This document shows positions 38,961 to 52,391 of a stretch of 64,000 nt of DNA, one piece after another. The DNA comes from Monocercomonoides exilis PA203. Its lineage: Eukaryota; Protista; Preaxostyla. A model generated the notes under the pieces. The model did no database searches and had not been told where the DNA came from. It worked only from the letters and a program-made list of their open reading frames with translations. Every line of letters begins with the position of its first letter. Positions within the stretch are counted from its first letter, which is position 1. The stretch covers positions 1,860,001 through 1,924,000 of the forward strand of contig LSRY02000009.1 in NCBI GenBank assembly GCA_001643675.2, in the 5' to 3' direction. Position numbers and translations under genes: made by a program.

Positions 38961-41156
38961 ATGGGAACAGGGAGAGAGAACACAGAGGAAGACTCCGTAT
39001 ATCCCCACGGTACAGAACAGATGAACGATCAGGAACCCGAGAGGGAGGTAGTGAAGAGAGTCTTGAGAGCTTCTGGGACTGTAATCGAGTCCCCAATTGG
39101 GAGCGCCCTGGAGGGGAGCTGGAAGATAGCTACTGCAGATACTCTCGAAGGGAAAGAGACCGCACAGATTCAGAATGGTCAAAAGAAGCCTGAAGTGGGG
39201 AGTTGCGCAGCACTTGGACCACCGAAGGAACCACTTCCTGGGAGACTGGTGAACAGACTGAGCGAGTGGAAGAAGATTGGGGGAGACAAACTAGTGAGAC
39301 GTGGTTTAAAAGCCCGATGGAAAAATCCCCAATCCCCAATCTCACTCGAGGAGAGAAAACACAGACAAGAGTTTCGGGGAACAACAGAGATGACGAACAA
39401 TTATTTATCCCTCTTGGAGGAGGAATTGAAGGAAGGAGTGGTGAAGCCCATACAGGAGTCGGAGGTGAAGTGGTTCAACCCGACATTCATTGTGATAAAG
39501 AAGAACGGGAAGTGGAGAAAGATCTTGGACTGCAGAGCTCCAAACGAGGAAGTGCTTGGAAAACACTGAAAGATGGATTACCAGGAGACAGTGGTGGAAC
39601 TCCTGCAGGAGAACGATTGGATGACTACGCTCGACATATCGAGTGCTTATCAACATGTCAAAGTGGACGAGCAGTTCAGTCCCTATCTGTGCTTCAGCTT
39701 TCAAAATCAATGTTACACTTACGTGGGGATGCCATTTGGAGCAAAGGACGTGCCCAGAGTATTCACAAAGATAATGAGACGGGCAGCGTCATATATCAGA
39801 GAACATTGGATGGTAAAGCTGGTGATATATCTGGACGACATCCTCCTCATGCACCCAGACAGGGATGCATTGAGATCGATCTCATATGTGATTGCTCAGT
39901 TGAAGAGAAATTTAAGTTGGATACTGCCGGAGAAGCTGAAACTGGAACCCGCAAGGAGCGTGGAGTTTTTGGGATGGAGTTGGAATTCAGAGAAGATGGA
40001 AGTGACGCTCCAAGAGAGGAAGAGAGTGCTGCTCCTGGAGGATGTGTGAAAATGGATAGCACATGCAAAGAAAAGGAGGAAGCAAAAGACGAGGGGTTTA
40101 ACAGCACTCCTCGGGAGGTTGAATTTTGTGAGACTACAACACCCACCAGCGAGTTTGTAGATGAAACGCATGCAATACGTACTGAGGCATGCAATAGCCC
40201 GCGGAGGCTGGAACGGGACGGTGATACCCAACCCAATGATGTTAGGAGAATTAACACATTGGAGGAAAACCCTGCGAGAGAACAGACCAAGGAGTCTGAG
40301 GAGAAGGAACAGACCAGCAGAGTTAATAACAGACGCTTCAGAGCTGGGATGGGGTGCAGTACTAACAATACCATCAGTGAACAAAGAGGAGAAGATATAT
40401 GTCCACGGGAGTTGGACCCTCCAGGAGAGAGCGTTAGCGATAAACGAGAAGGAGTCCAGAGCAGTGTTGAGGACCTTAGAAAGGAAAGGAGCATGGCTGA
40501 AAGAACAGAAGATAGACCATATCTGTCTGATGACAGACAACATGTCCACGAGATGGACAATCCAGAAGAAGAGAGGAGTGCCATCGCTCATTACAACACT
40601 GAGAGAATTAGAGAAGAAATTGAAGAGCCTGGACATAACAATACAGACGGAGCACCTCCCGGGAGAGCAGAACACGGAAGCAGATGCACTCAGCCGGATG
40701 GCGAGAAAGCCGGACTATGCACTGAGAGGGGAGAAAGTCGCAGAGATATTACAAACAATCGCACCGAGAATACTAGATACAACTTTAGAACAGATTGCGC
40801 CGGTGCCCTGCGGAAGTACTTGAAGACTATCCTCTCTGAGAGGGAAGAGAGAGAGAGAAACACCAGAAAACGATATAGTGCTAGTCCACCCGTTCCTGAG
40901 AAACATTGGACGAGTGATGAAAGAGAAGATGAACGAAGCTCAGAGGGAACAAACGATTCTGATTCTACCAGCCTGGCGGGGGCAGACCTGGACCCCGCTA
41001 CTGCAGCCTGGGCATTCGATAAAGACCCTGGGGACCTTTCAGGAGTGCATGATACCGGGAGCGAAGATGAGAAGGGAAGGCTGGAAACTACCCCCAGGAG
41101 AGGTGATATCCGTCACACTGGAGAAGAGAATAACCAAGGAAGAGACCTCTTCTTAA
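38961..41156 (+). pseudogene. DIRS RT / RNase H / MT with in-frame stops
   Basis: YLDD, TDAS and DALSR motifs. Stops at 39567, 40047, 40158 and 40821. Confidence 0.9.
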
Positions 41157-43904
41157 CATGGGGAGAATATGAAGGAGCTAAGGACATAGCGGCAGCAACA
41201 CAAAAAAATCAGAAGTGCGAAAAAGATACGTGGAGAGCGTTGCGAAGATTCAAGCAATTTCTAGATAGAGAGAGCATGGATGACACTGACCCCCTCACAA
41301 ACAAAGATGCAAAGTGGATTATGGAAGAATTTATTTAAACTCTATTCAATACAAAACTTTCAAATGGAAAGATTAATTAAGCTGGATGAAGAGTTTTCAA
41401 GTCTATTAATCTTTTCAGAGATATTAGGACTAAGGGGTATGATATTGATTCATCTCTTTAAACTCATTTTAGAGATAAGCCAAGAAGTGGCAAGCAAAAT
41501 AAATCGATGTGTTGTTAAAAATTATTGCAAAGGGGGAAGAAACCACATTCAACTCGATAGGCACACAAGCACTTTAGAGGAGAGCCCTCATACTCACAAT
41601 AATTTTGTAACTTAAGAGCCAGCTGAGCTGGAGAGTTAGAGAAGTGAGTGTTATATATTAAAAAAGAATCCCGTATCTATTGAAGTGCAGATAAAGATAA
41701 CAGAAAGGGAGACTATAAAAGTCGATATTAATTAACATTTAAACATACTCATCGATGCAGAGAAAGAGATCCAACATTGGTTGGATTAATTCAGGACAAC
41801 TTAAAAGGATAAACATGGATGGTTTGATATTAAAGAAAGGTTAGCCTTCAAATATGTAGAGAATAAAGGAAGAATTAGAAGCGATTCAAAGAGAGTATGA
41901 AATACACGATCCTTTGACCGTGCTCTCGATTAGATATTAAGTAATAATACACATATCAAAAAGAAAAGGTACAGATTGGAAAGTGAGTTTTGCGCATGCA
42001 AGAGGGGAACAAGGATTAAGGGTGGCACAAAAATTTTAACTTTTAACCTGCTCAAGATATGAAATGGATCCTGTTGACGATCTACTTCCAGGAACCCCCT
42101 CATGGAGAAGAAAAAAAAAGTTGGAGATGGGAAGAGAAAGGAAGGATATGAGAGTCGAGAAAGCGGAAACATTAATGAAAGAATGCACAGTGAAATTATC
42201 GGAAGCTGGGGGAGAATTTGATATAAGAAGAGGAAAAAAGTTAAAGAGACAAGACTTCAAGCTTTGAGAAAAGAGAAAACAAAGAGAAATAGCTTTGTCA
42301 CAGAACTCCTCATCCCGATCACCCTAGCGTCGGGGAACACCCCTCATAATTCCCAGCAGCGTAAGCGAGCTGACTGGAAGCAAACACACTGCCTCACAGA
42401 AAAAGTTGGGCATTGACCGGAGGAAGCGTGATGTGAGTTGTTTAGGACAGATGATAAAGAACTCAGAAAAATCGAATTACAGGTTAAGAAAACTTCAGAA
42501 GCACCTCTAAAAAGAAAGGGAGTGGAGCCAGGAGCTGCACCTTCATCCGCAGGCTCTCTACACATCCTCCGCACGATGACGTGCTAGGCAGGAGGGTTTA
42601 AGATCATTATAAATAAATAAATATAAAACAAAATGAGAATAAATATATAAAAGGGCTTTCAAGACTCATTTTTGAGGAGCAAACTTGTCTCAATGCGTTT
42701 TATCAAAAGTTTGCAATAATCTGATAAGCATTTTTGTTCTTTTTTTTCATTTTTCAAAATAATAATGGAAACGGAATGATAATGAATAATCTGCCATGGG
42801 TCAAATTTTTGATCTGATGTCACTTTTCAAAAAATTTGAGACATATATGAATATTATTTGTTAATATGGGTCTATATTATTCATATCGTAACTTTGTTCG
42901 AAGAAAGATCTTTTTTTAAGGAATTGTGGTATGAAAAGAAATAATCTCAAATACATATATATAAATAAATAGAAAAAGAATTGTGAAGGAATTATTGAAT
43001 AATAAGTGAAATTGAGAAAAATTTGAAAATTCCATTATTGCATTTAATTTTTGAGTTATTTCTTTTATTTGAATTATTTGGTATCACAGAACCCAACAAG
43101 TTTAATTATTGTTTGTAGATTATTTAAATTTGAGTATGATATAATAGCATAACTTTTTTTAGATGATCCGTATGAGCTATCATCAGAAAATAAATAATTG
43201 ATTTATTTTTGATAATTTTAGAGAAATTGAAAGGTTTTTATTTTGGAAGCTGCGTTTTATTAGACTTTTTGAATGTTAAGAACGATTTATTTTAGATTTA
43301 TTGCGTGTTAGATAATATTAAAAACGAAATGTTATTATATACAAAGCAGTTGATAAAAAATCAAGAAAAAGAAGAAGAAGAAAGAGATAGAGAAGTTTTA
43401 TAATTAAAATTATTATTATTATTGGAATTGATAGAAGAAAAAAGAGAAAAAAGAGATAATATTGATGACGACAACGACGACGAAAAAGAAGAAGAATTTG
43501 ATGAAGAAAGAGAAGAAGAAGAAAAAGAAACAATATTTGTATTCCTTTGTTTCGTTCTTATCACTTCTATCAATCTAACATATCCATCAGATTCATAATG
43601 GATAATATTCTTCTTCTTCTCTTCTTTCTTCTCTTTTTTCTTCTCTTCCTTTTCATTCTCTCTCTATTTCTCTTTCTTTATCTTTCTCTTTATCTTTCTT
43701 TCCCTCCACCTCTCTCTCCCTCATCCTCTCTCTCTCTCTCTCTCCATGCTCAGCTCCTTATAAAACAATTTCTCTTCATCACTTCCAAATATTCATGCAT
43801 TGCTTCGAAATGCATATCTGCTGAACAAAGTTTGACATTCTAAATACGACTGCACTTCAAATAGCAATTGAACATCCAGAATCTGCCATCCTTCGTCTTC
43901 CACT

Positions 43905-44010
43905 TCTCCTCCTCTTCCTCCTCCTCTTCCTCCTCCTCCTCCTCCTCTTCTTCTTCTTCTTCTTCTTCGTCTTCGTCTTCGTCTTCGTCTTCGTCTTCGC
44001 CTTCTTCCTC
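43905..44010. repeat. Compound microsatellite (TCC)n(TCT)n(TCTTCG)n
   Basis: Directly visible tandem units. Confidence 0.9.
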
Positions 44011-45871
44011 GTTTATTTAAATGAATTTGGAAGTAAAAATTATTTTAACAGAAGCAGAACAGAAGTTTGGACTTTGATCAATATTTATTTCAGGAAGCAG
44101 AAAGAAAGCGAAGAAGGAGCAGATGGGCTTTGTTGACAGAACGGAAATATTTGGAGAAGATGAGGAAAGGAAGAGGGGAAGTTGTTTTTATATTTTTATA
44201 TCAAACTTTGATGACTGTTAGGCCGCGCATCTCATTCGCAGGACAAGTGTTGGAGGTGGGGGTGGAGGAAGACGAGAAGAAGGAACATCAGCGCTGGCAC
44301 TTTGCATTGGAGGTGTGGGGATGGATTCGTGACCGGGATGGATCGAGATGCGGTGCTGACTATGAGAGGGTATCTTGCACCAGATACAGAAAAAGGATGG
44401 AGATATTTAACTTTGATTTAAAGAAAGATGTTTGGAGAAGAAGTAACAGGGAGTGAAGGGGAATAGATTTGGGCAAAGGGGTTTAGACATTTGGTGGAGT
44501 GGTATTGCTGTTGTTTTGAGGGGAAATGTGGAGAAGAAGAAATCTATACAGCGAAAAGGGATAGGAAGGGATTCTTCAGATGGAATCTTCTTCTTAACCA
44601 GTTTTTTATTGAATGGAGTTTTCGGAGTTGTTCGAGCGAAAGGCGGTCATGTGAAAGATATAGGTTTGTATATTTTTATTAATATTTTTTATCATATGTT
44701 ATTTTTTATTTATGAAATTAGGAATTTTGCAAGAATGTTCAACGACAATGAATGAACAAGGAATATGGAAAGAGGGGATATTGGATGCATTAAAAGAAAT
44801 CAGGAAATAATAATTGGAGGGAAGCATTGAGGGATGAGCTGGAGCAAAATATAAATGAAATGAATGGAAAAGAAGATGTTTTTATTTGAAGGTTTTGGAA
44901 GGTATATACGATGAATCTTGTTAAAAGTTAAAGGAGGGAATGGAAAAATGATGATACAGCAGAAGAAGAAATATGACAAAAATTCGAGAAGAAGAAAAGA
45001 AGCGGAAGTTGAAGCAGAAGATAGGGAAAAGAAAATGAGATGAAGGAGGAAAAAAAGTTGGATTAGAAGAATGAATTTTTTTGAGTATTGGAAGAAGAGC
45101 TGAAAGAAGGGAATGAGATGGTAACACGAATAGAGGGAGTGCATGAAGAAGAAAAAAGAGAAAAGAGATTTTACTGAAAAATAGAGGAAAGTCACTTCAA
45201 CAAAGAATTATTCAAAAAAGGAGATGGGAATATCCTTAATGAACACTTTCAAAAGGAACATCTTTATGGATGAAGATTGCAGTGTGTTTTGTTTTTGTTG
45301 AAAATGACGGAAGGGATGAGGAGAAAAGGAACGCAGTGATTCTTTGACTCAAGTGAGCGAGAGAAAAGGGAAACAAAGGTATGACATTTTTATTGGTGAT
45401 ATTATTTGACCTCTTTAAAAAATATGATTTATTGTTTTTTCTTTTCACTTATTTGAACAAAATTGTTTTTGCTGGTGCTTTCGTAAAACTTCAAGGGAGT
45501 GAAATTGCATCAAACGATTGAAAGTGAAGGAGAATCAAATGGATCAGCCGGGGAAAGAGGTTTATAGGATCGCTATATATAAGAGGCATTGACAGAGAAA
45601 AGGAGCTTTTTCATAGTTTTTTAACAAGATTCCTTTTATAAGCAGCTGATAGAGAGGTGAAAAGGATTGTAAGATTTATAGGGTTATGAGAAATATTTTA
45701 TTGAGAGGAATGGTGTAGACGAGGAGTGAGAGAGAAGGTGGAGGATGGGAAAGGGGAAGCGGAAGAGATGAAGGAGGAGAGAGAGGAGGAAAACGAGGAG
45801 GCGGAGGAAGAAGAGGTGGAGAAGAAAGAGAAGAAGGAAGCGAAGAAGAAAGTGAAGGAGCAGGGAGTGTA

Positions 45872-47290
45872 TTGGTGAGTGAATCGGATTTCTCATCTTT
45901 TTGTGTTTCATCAGCCCCGTTTCTGGCACCTCCCCTGACACCCCTTGTGACGCTCAGCCAGCTGACCTTCTTCAACATCTCCACAAACCCACAGAAAACA
46001 AGGCAACTGGGAGAAGGGATGAGCCAAACATCATTTCTGATGAGTGGATGCTCATTTTCATCAGTGTGGGATGTGTATGATGGGGGCGTTGTACCCTCAC
46101 TAAACAACCCTTCATCTTCCCTAGATGCTTCGAACACCTCATTTGTCGGATGTATTCGCTCTCAGAATGTTGCAATCAGCGGGAGTGAGGGGAATCCATC
46201 GAAACCAGCGAGACAACAGATAGCAGACAATGGGGCGAATTCGTTCTCCTGGTGTGTGTGGAATGGGTCAAAAACAACTGGGACAAGTGGATCTAATACA
46301 GATGGAGTTTCGAGTGGAGGGGCGATTAATATGTATAATCTGGGATCGGGAACACTATCAGTGAAATTTTGTTCGTTCAATGACTGCACTGCATATTGGG
46401 ATGGTGGAGGAATTTTGTGTGCTTCTATCAATTCTATCCGGATAGAGAACAACTCGTTCAATGCTTGTACAGCAAATAATTATTATGGAGGAGGAATATT
46501 TGCTGAATCAATTTCATCATGTGTCAGGATCAGTGGGTTCGAGTTCCAGAAATGCAAAGCAGTTAATAATGGAGGAGGGCTTTATCTTAATTCTTTTCAG
46601 ATTTCGGAATCCGGCTGTATTGGAACAGAAAACAGCAAAGGGGAAAGCGCTTGCGTATTTGAGTGTTTCTTCACTTCATGTTCACTTTCAATCACAGGCG
46701 GTGGAGGAATGTATTGTCCTACTGTTCCTGCAACGCAATTCAAAATGAGGAGCGTTCAGTTTATTCCATGTTCCGCCAGGCAAGAGGGTGGAGGGTTGTC
46801 CTTCAGACAAGAAAAAACAGAAAAGCCAGACAATGGAATTTATTGCTATTTTTTGTTTTTTCATGAATGCAGTTGCAAGGATGCAACCAATCCACGTGGA
46901 CATGACGTTGAGTGTGTCGATACGCACAATCTGTATTTGGATTCAGGAAATCCATTCCATGAATGTTACACCACATACACAGATAACAGAAGGATCTGCT
47001 TTACATACAATTATGCAGATGCAAGTTCTTGGACATTTGATCAAACATCAAAAAAAATTGGCTGAAGGACAAGACGATTTATGTTTCGGTGAATGGAAAT
47101 GATACATCTCTACTTTGTGGGGCAAATACAACAAATCCGTGCCTGACAGTGAAGAAAGCGTTTGAGGTGTGTGAGGTACAGATTAGCTTGACAATCACGC
47201 TGATGGACGGGAGTCACACAAGCGAAGCAATGACTATTGAGATTGGAGAAAAGAAGATTTCGTTCGTTGGTAAGAAAAGGAAGCACTTTG
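45872..47290 (+). pseudogene. Beta-helix (GGAI/GGGL repeat) surface-protein gene fragment, frameshifted and 3'-truncated
   Basis: Repeats such as GGAINM..CSFNDCTA..GGGI..NSFNACTA..GGGI..FQKCKA..GGGLYL. Frameshift in an A-run at about 47055 into WLKDKTIYVSVNGND...PCLTVKKA. Coding character is lost after about 47290. Confidence 0.75.
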
Positions 47291-48976
47291 TTACAAATAT
47301 CTGAAAAGAATGAGATTGAGGAAGGGAAGAAGAAGAATCAAAAAAAAAAAGAACAAACAGATGCAAGGCTGAAGGGTAAGAGGAACGGATTTTTTGGAAA
47401 AATAAGTTTTGTCCAAAAACAACAGATGATAAAGAACAAGTTGGATAAAAAAAATTAACAGATAAATCTCTTTCAAGTATATTCATCTTATGGCTTATTG
47501 AATTTTCGTTTCATTTTATCATCCATTTAGTATTATTGTTGTTAGTGTCAAAGATGATAAATCTTTCATTTGTCTTTCTGAGTTTGCCATTACATAGAGA
47601 ATACAAAAAGATGAAGCACTGGCATTTCACGTTATTGCTCAGTCAAATTTTTGACTTATTTCGATGAATATTATGAATATTTGCAATTAAAAAAAATATA
47701 TTTGGCTTTCATTGATTTCACTTGTTTTTCCTCACCTTTTTTTGTTTGTTTTCTCATATTTTTCTTCATTTTTCCTGTTCCCTGATCATTATAAATAGAA
47801 TAATTGTAATTGCTATTGCAAATCAAATGTTTTAAGATACATCAAATTTTTGTATTTTGTTTTTTGAGTTTTTCAATCAAACTTCTCAAAAAAGGAAAGG
47901 ATCTCTTGAAATTTCAGATTAATTATTATTCTTCTCAATGACGAATGAAGTGTACATATCAAAAACAATAAACTTTTCTACAAAGTTATGATAAATGTTT
48001 TGTACGAAGAAATATGAAGATAACATTGAAAATTTAAGAAATTGTGTAAAAAAACATTGCAATGTCAGTGTTCTTCATTTTTCTCATCTCCTCAAAACCT
48101 AATCAATAATGTTCATGTTTCTTTCAATTTTTATTTTCTCTTTTTGATTTACTTCCTCATTTATTCGTAATAAAATTTCGTAAACGTAAATTCTCTTGAA
48201 ACACCCCAAACCACATTAAATCTAAAATAAATCGTTCTTAACATTCAAAAAGTCTAATAAAACGCAGCTTCCAAAATAAAAACCTTTCAATTTCTCTAAA
48301 ATTATCAAAAATAAATCAATTATTTATTTTCTGATGATAGCTCATACGGATCATCTAAAAAAAGTTATGCTATTATATCATACTCAAATTTAAATTATCT
48401 ACAAACAATAATTAAACTTGTTGGGTTCTGTGATACCAAATAATTCAAATAAAAGAAATAACTCAAAAATTAAATGCAATAATGGAATTTTCAAATTTTT
48501 CTCAATTTCACTTATTATTCAATAATTCCTTCACAATTCTTTTTCTATTTATTTATATATATGTATTTGAGATTATTTCTTTTCATACCACAATTCCTTA
48601 AAAAAAGATCTTTCTTCGAACAAAGTTACGATATGAAAAATAATGACCCATATTCAAACAGTGAATTTTGACGGATAATATATTATTTCTAAAATAATTA
48701 CACATATTAATAAAGAATAGCGTTCAGAAGCAGTGGCATAAAAATATAAATAAGATATTTGCGAATACAAAGATGAAAAAAATGGTGAAAATTTGAAATT
48801 TGTTTTGTTAATAAACACATTTGTAACTGCGAAGCATCTTATAACGCTATTGTAGTCTGGAATGAAAAAGACCATTTTGTTTTGTTTCTTTTTTATGTAA
48901 TGATGGGACAAATTGATCATCGAAATGGGTGATTCTTTTTGAAATCACAATTTTTAATTATTTGGATCTTAAAGAT

Positions 48977-49216
48977 GTGTGATTCTTTTTGAAAAATCAC
49001 AAATGTTTAATTTTCAAATACTTCAAATATTTCTTATTTTGCTCAAATTTCTGTTTCAGCTCACAAATCTCCTCAAGAATGTTTGAAATAACATTATCAA
49101 GTAATTGATTCCATTGAAGTGAAGTTTGATATTTGTCAACAAAATATTTGGGAAAATATAAAATTATTGAAGTATTTGAAAATTAAACATTTGTGACATT
49201 TCAAAAAGAATCACCC
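48977..49216. mobile_element. 240-bp MITE, second copy
   Basis: Nearly identical to 10786-11025. An extra related left end AAAT|GGGTGATTCTTTTTGAAA lies at 48927. Confidence 0.88.
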
Positions 49217-50304
49217 AAATATTTACGAAATGAGATAATAAAAAGATTCAAATGATCTGCATATTCACTGAATTGGTTTTTTGCAATTTTTTTCTATAAA
49301 AAAATGGAAAATTGGTGACGGACGTGTTCAATTTTAACTTCACGACGCTCAGTGTTATTTTTTAATAAAAGTTAGAAAATTCTTTCATTAAATGTTTGTC
49401 GAATGATAATTTTTATTTAAAAATAATAGACAAAACAACAATTAAAACGACAAATATGCAGTTGATGTGAAAACAATGAGCAACATTCATTGCGTTTCGT
49501 TTTAACTAAAACCAGATATACCAATTTCAAACCAAACAAAAAAAATTATTCTCCTCTCAACATAAAAAATGATAAATATGGCTGATCCTTTTTGAAATCA
49601 TACTTTAGTTCGAGTTTTGATAAAAAAAATTTTTTTTAAAAAGATTTTTGTTAAATTTTTGTTTCTGCAATAACAATATCATGAACAATAAGTGTTCCCT
49701 ATTTCAACTCATTTTGGTATAATCCGAAGATATCGTCATCTTCAGATCTTATTGAAAATTTGTTGGTAATTCAACAATACATTGAACATTGTTATTATGC
49801 TATTGTCGCATGTCGGAAGTTAATGGTTTTGGAGAAAAAAATTTTTTTTTAATTTTTGTGATCAAAATAAATAATAGTGAAAAAAATATTAAGAGCGATA
49901 TAATTCCATCAAATTTTAATGAAAAAAGTTGTATCCGATAAAAATGATGTGAAATAATCATCAATTATAATTTTGAGGGTTCGATAAAAAAGCAATTTTT
50001 TTTCCCTTAGATCAAAAATTATTTTTCAATTAGAAATTTCACATTTATTTGTTTTTTTTTTTTTAAAATAAACATTGAAGATAAATCATTCTTCAATATT
50101 TTAAAATAAAAGTGCAAATGAATTTATTTAGATATTCCTTTTTTTCAAAAAACTTGTGCTCAAAAATAAAAAATTTATTTTGATCAAAACCCAAAAAAAT
50201 AAAAATAACAAATTATTGAGTGAAAATTTGAATATAAAAAAAATTCATTTCCGAATCACAAAACAATTATATTCGTTATTGAAATAGGTTAAAAAGATTA
50301 AGTA

Positions 50305-50700
50305 CAGATATCGTATAAAATACCGGACATCGCACAAAATACCGGACAAGATCGATAACTCAATAACCGCAAGTGGAATAATTCTGACAATTTTCCTCAA
50401 AATATATCTCATCAATGCAAACTCATTTGATTAACAAAACTTTCAAAATAGCTTCATTTGCGCTTAGGAAAAATTATAATTAAAATCTCGGAGAAATAGG
50501 ATTTTGAGTCACTCCGAAATTTCAAGAATTATTTTTTCTGAGCACAAATGAAGCTGATTTGAGAGTTTTATTTATCAAATAAGTTTGCATTGATGAGATA
50601 TATTTTGAGGAAAATTGTCAGAATTATTCCTCTTGCAGTTATTGAGAAATCGATCTTGTCTAGAATTTTGTGCGATGTCCAGTATTTTATGCGATATCTG
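50305..50700. mobile_element. 396-bp foldback MITE, Tc1/mariner-pogo type (CAG...CTG ends, TA duplication)
   Basis: TA|CAGATATCG ... CGATATCTG|TA. The two halves are imperfect inverted repeats over about 190 bp. Confidence 0.85.
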
Positions 50701-51199
50701 TAATTACAAATATGTGAAATTTGAAGATGACGATATCTTCGGATCATGTCAGTCGTTGTTGTTTATTTTTCGATTTTTATTTGAATCTTATTGAGTTTTC
50801 TTCAATTTTGAAAAAAAATAAAAAATAAATCCAAAAAAAAATAAAACTTAAATGAACAGTACAAAACCTAAGTATTCTGGTTTAAACATGTGTTTCTTTA
50901 TGACCATTGACAATCAATTTTCGGTTTCTGACGGACCGAGTTACGATTTTGTCCGTCAGAACCTTTTTTTCTTAGATATCATATTTTGTATTTAAATATT
51001 ATTAATTAATTTTAATTTAAAAGAAGTTTTTCAATATTATGTTTTTTCTTTGATAACTGACAAAAAGTCAATATCGGAATATTATGATCGTCAGACTGTC
51101 AGTTGTGTCAATGACCGTCTGTGATTTTCTGTGATTAACTGCAAAAAAATATCAGTTTCCAGCACTTCAAAATAAAAATTAATGATAAATATCGAAAAT

Positions 51200-52330
51200 T
51201 ATACACATATTATTGATTGTTATTATTCACAAACCACTTGAAAAAATATATTCATATCTTTGTTTTGAATGAAAAGAAGACATGTTGGATTTTCGAACTT
51301 TTCAATTCAAATATTAAGAATATATGATTTTGGAGATGTTTTTTTTCAAAAGAAAGATAGCTAATGAATGTGAAAAGAAATTCTCATTAAATCCGATTTC
51401 CATAACAATTTGGAGGAAGTCATATTCTCGATGATTTATGGATTATTTCTTAAAGCGAAGAAAAATGTTGTTGAAAACGAAAGAGAACAAGAAATTATGA
51501 TTGCATTTCGAAGTTTTGGATGTATTGTATGGAAGATTTAAATGTATTTTGATTTTTCAGATTTCATTATTCGTTTATCAGAAAGTCCAGAAAGAACTGA
51601 CATTTATGAAACGATTGAAATAATTTTATTTCATCAGGAGCATCACAATCTGACGCAACTTGCGTATCAGTGTACTTGGGACTTTTTGATCAACAGATTC
51701 TTCCATGATGACAGCTTGGAAGATACTTTTGTGAATGAACTGCATTTTCCAAGAGATGAAAAAAGAGAGTTGGAAGTGATAATAGTGCATGTTGATATAA
51801 GAGAGGAAAAGAAGAGGAAAGAGAAAAAGAAACGAAAGAGAAGCTTCTTTTTATTCGATGACTTACAATAATTGACAATTACCTATCAACTTGTCAATTG
51901 TTGAATGAAGCATTTCTTGTGCTTATAAATCGTATTGCAAAGGTGTTTCGAGCAACAAAGCATAATAAATAGATATTTGCGAGCAATCCATTAATTTGAA
52001 GAAGCTGCGAGCAATAGAGCCGCAGCAGCTGAAGTGTTTCTGAAAAGTGGGATAGTTGATGAACTTTTGAGGTAGTTTCATCGACAAATATTTTATAGTA
52101 AATGTCACATCAATGCTTTCACTTCTTCATGAAAATTTCAAAAAGATTAAATGAAGAGGAGAAAAATGAATCGAAAGAAATGAAACGAAAAGAGTTGAAA
52201 AGGTAGATGCTTGAAAAGATGGAAGAAGAATGATTTGAAGATATCATTTTAAGCTTTAATGGAATAATTTCTTATGTGAATGAAAAATATTATGATAATA
52301 TGTCATTTAATTTTTCCAATCATTCATGAA
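51200..52330 (+). pseudogene. Expanded helical hypothetical-protein family, copy E, heavily decayed
   Basis: FHQEHHNLTQLAYQCTWDFLINRF..VNELHF and MLEKMEEE*FEDII motifs, with many stops and frameshifts. Confidence 0.75.
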
Positions 52331-52391
52331 AATTTTATCAAATTCATTTCATTTAGTTACTAAAAAATGCAACATCTTTGTTTCGTTGGTT

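Larger units (their letters stand above)
37318..42690 (+). mobile_element. DIRS1-like retrotransposon, copy 2 (3' part decayed and truncated)
   Basis: Left terminus AATTCGCAATAGAGCG. gag ORF from 37444. RT/RNase H/MT with the same stops as copy 1. YR is degenerate after about 41300. A remnant half-ICR lies at about 42655-42690 and there is no right ITR. Confidence 0.9.
42868..48649. mobile_element. 5.8-kb non-autonomous TIR element with about 433-bp TIRs, ATAT duplication and host-gene cargo
   Basis: 42868-43300 and 48217-48649 are near-perfect inverted repeats. Ends are GGGTC...GACCC. ATAT flanks both sides. Confidence 0.85.
42705..48900 (+). pseudogene. Degraded 5' remnant of a third Sola-like transposase gene, split by the 5.8-kb TIR element
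   Basis: 42705-42850 aligns with the reverse complement of 16275-16410 (CTGATAAGCATTTT...AATAATGGAAAC.GAATG...AAATTTTTGATCTGATGTCACTTTTCAAAAAA). After 48653, YIISKIITHINKE...FVLLINTFVTAKH aligns with YVIMKMASVYNNE...FDLTIGKYHHAKQ. Confidence 0.6.
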
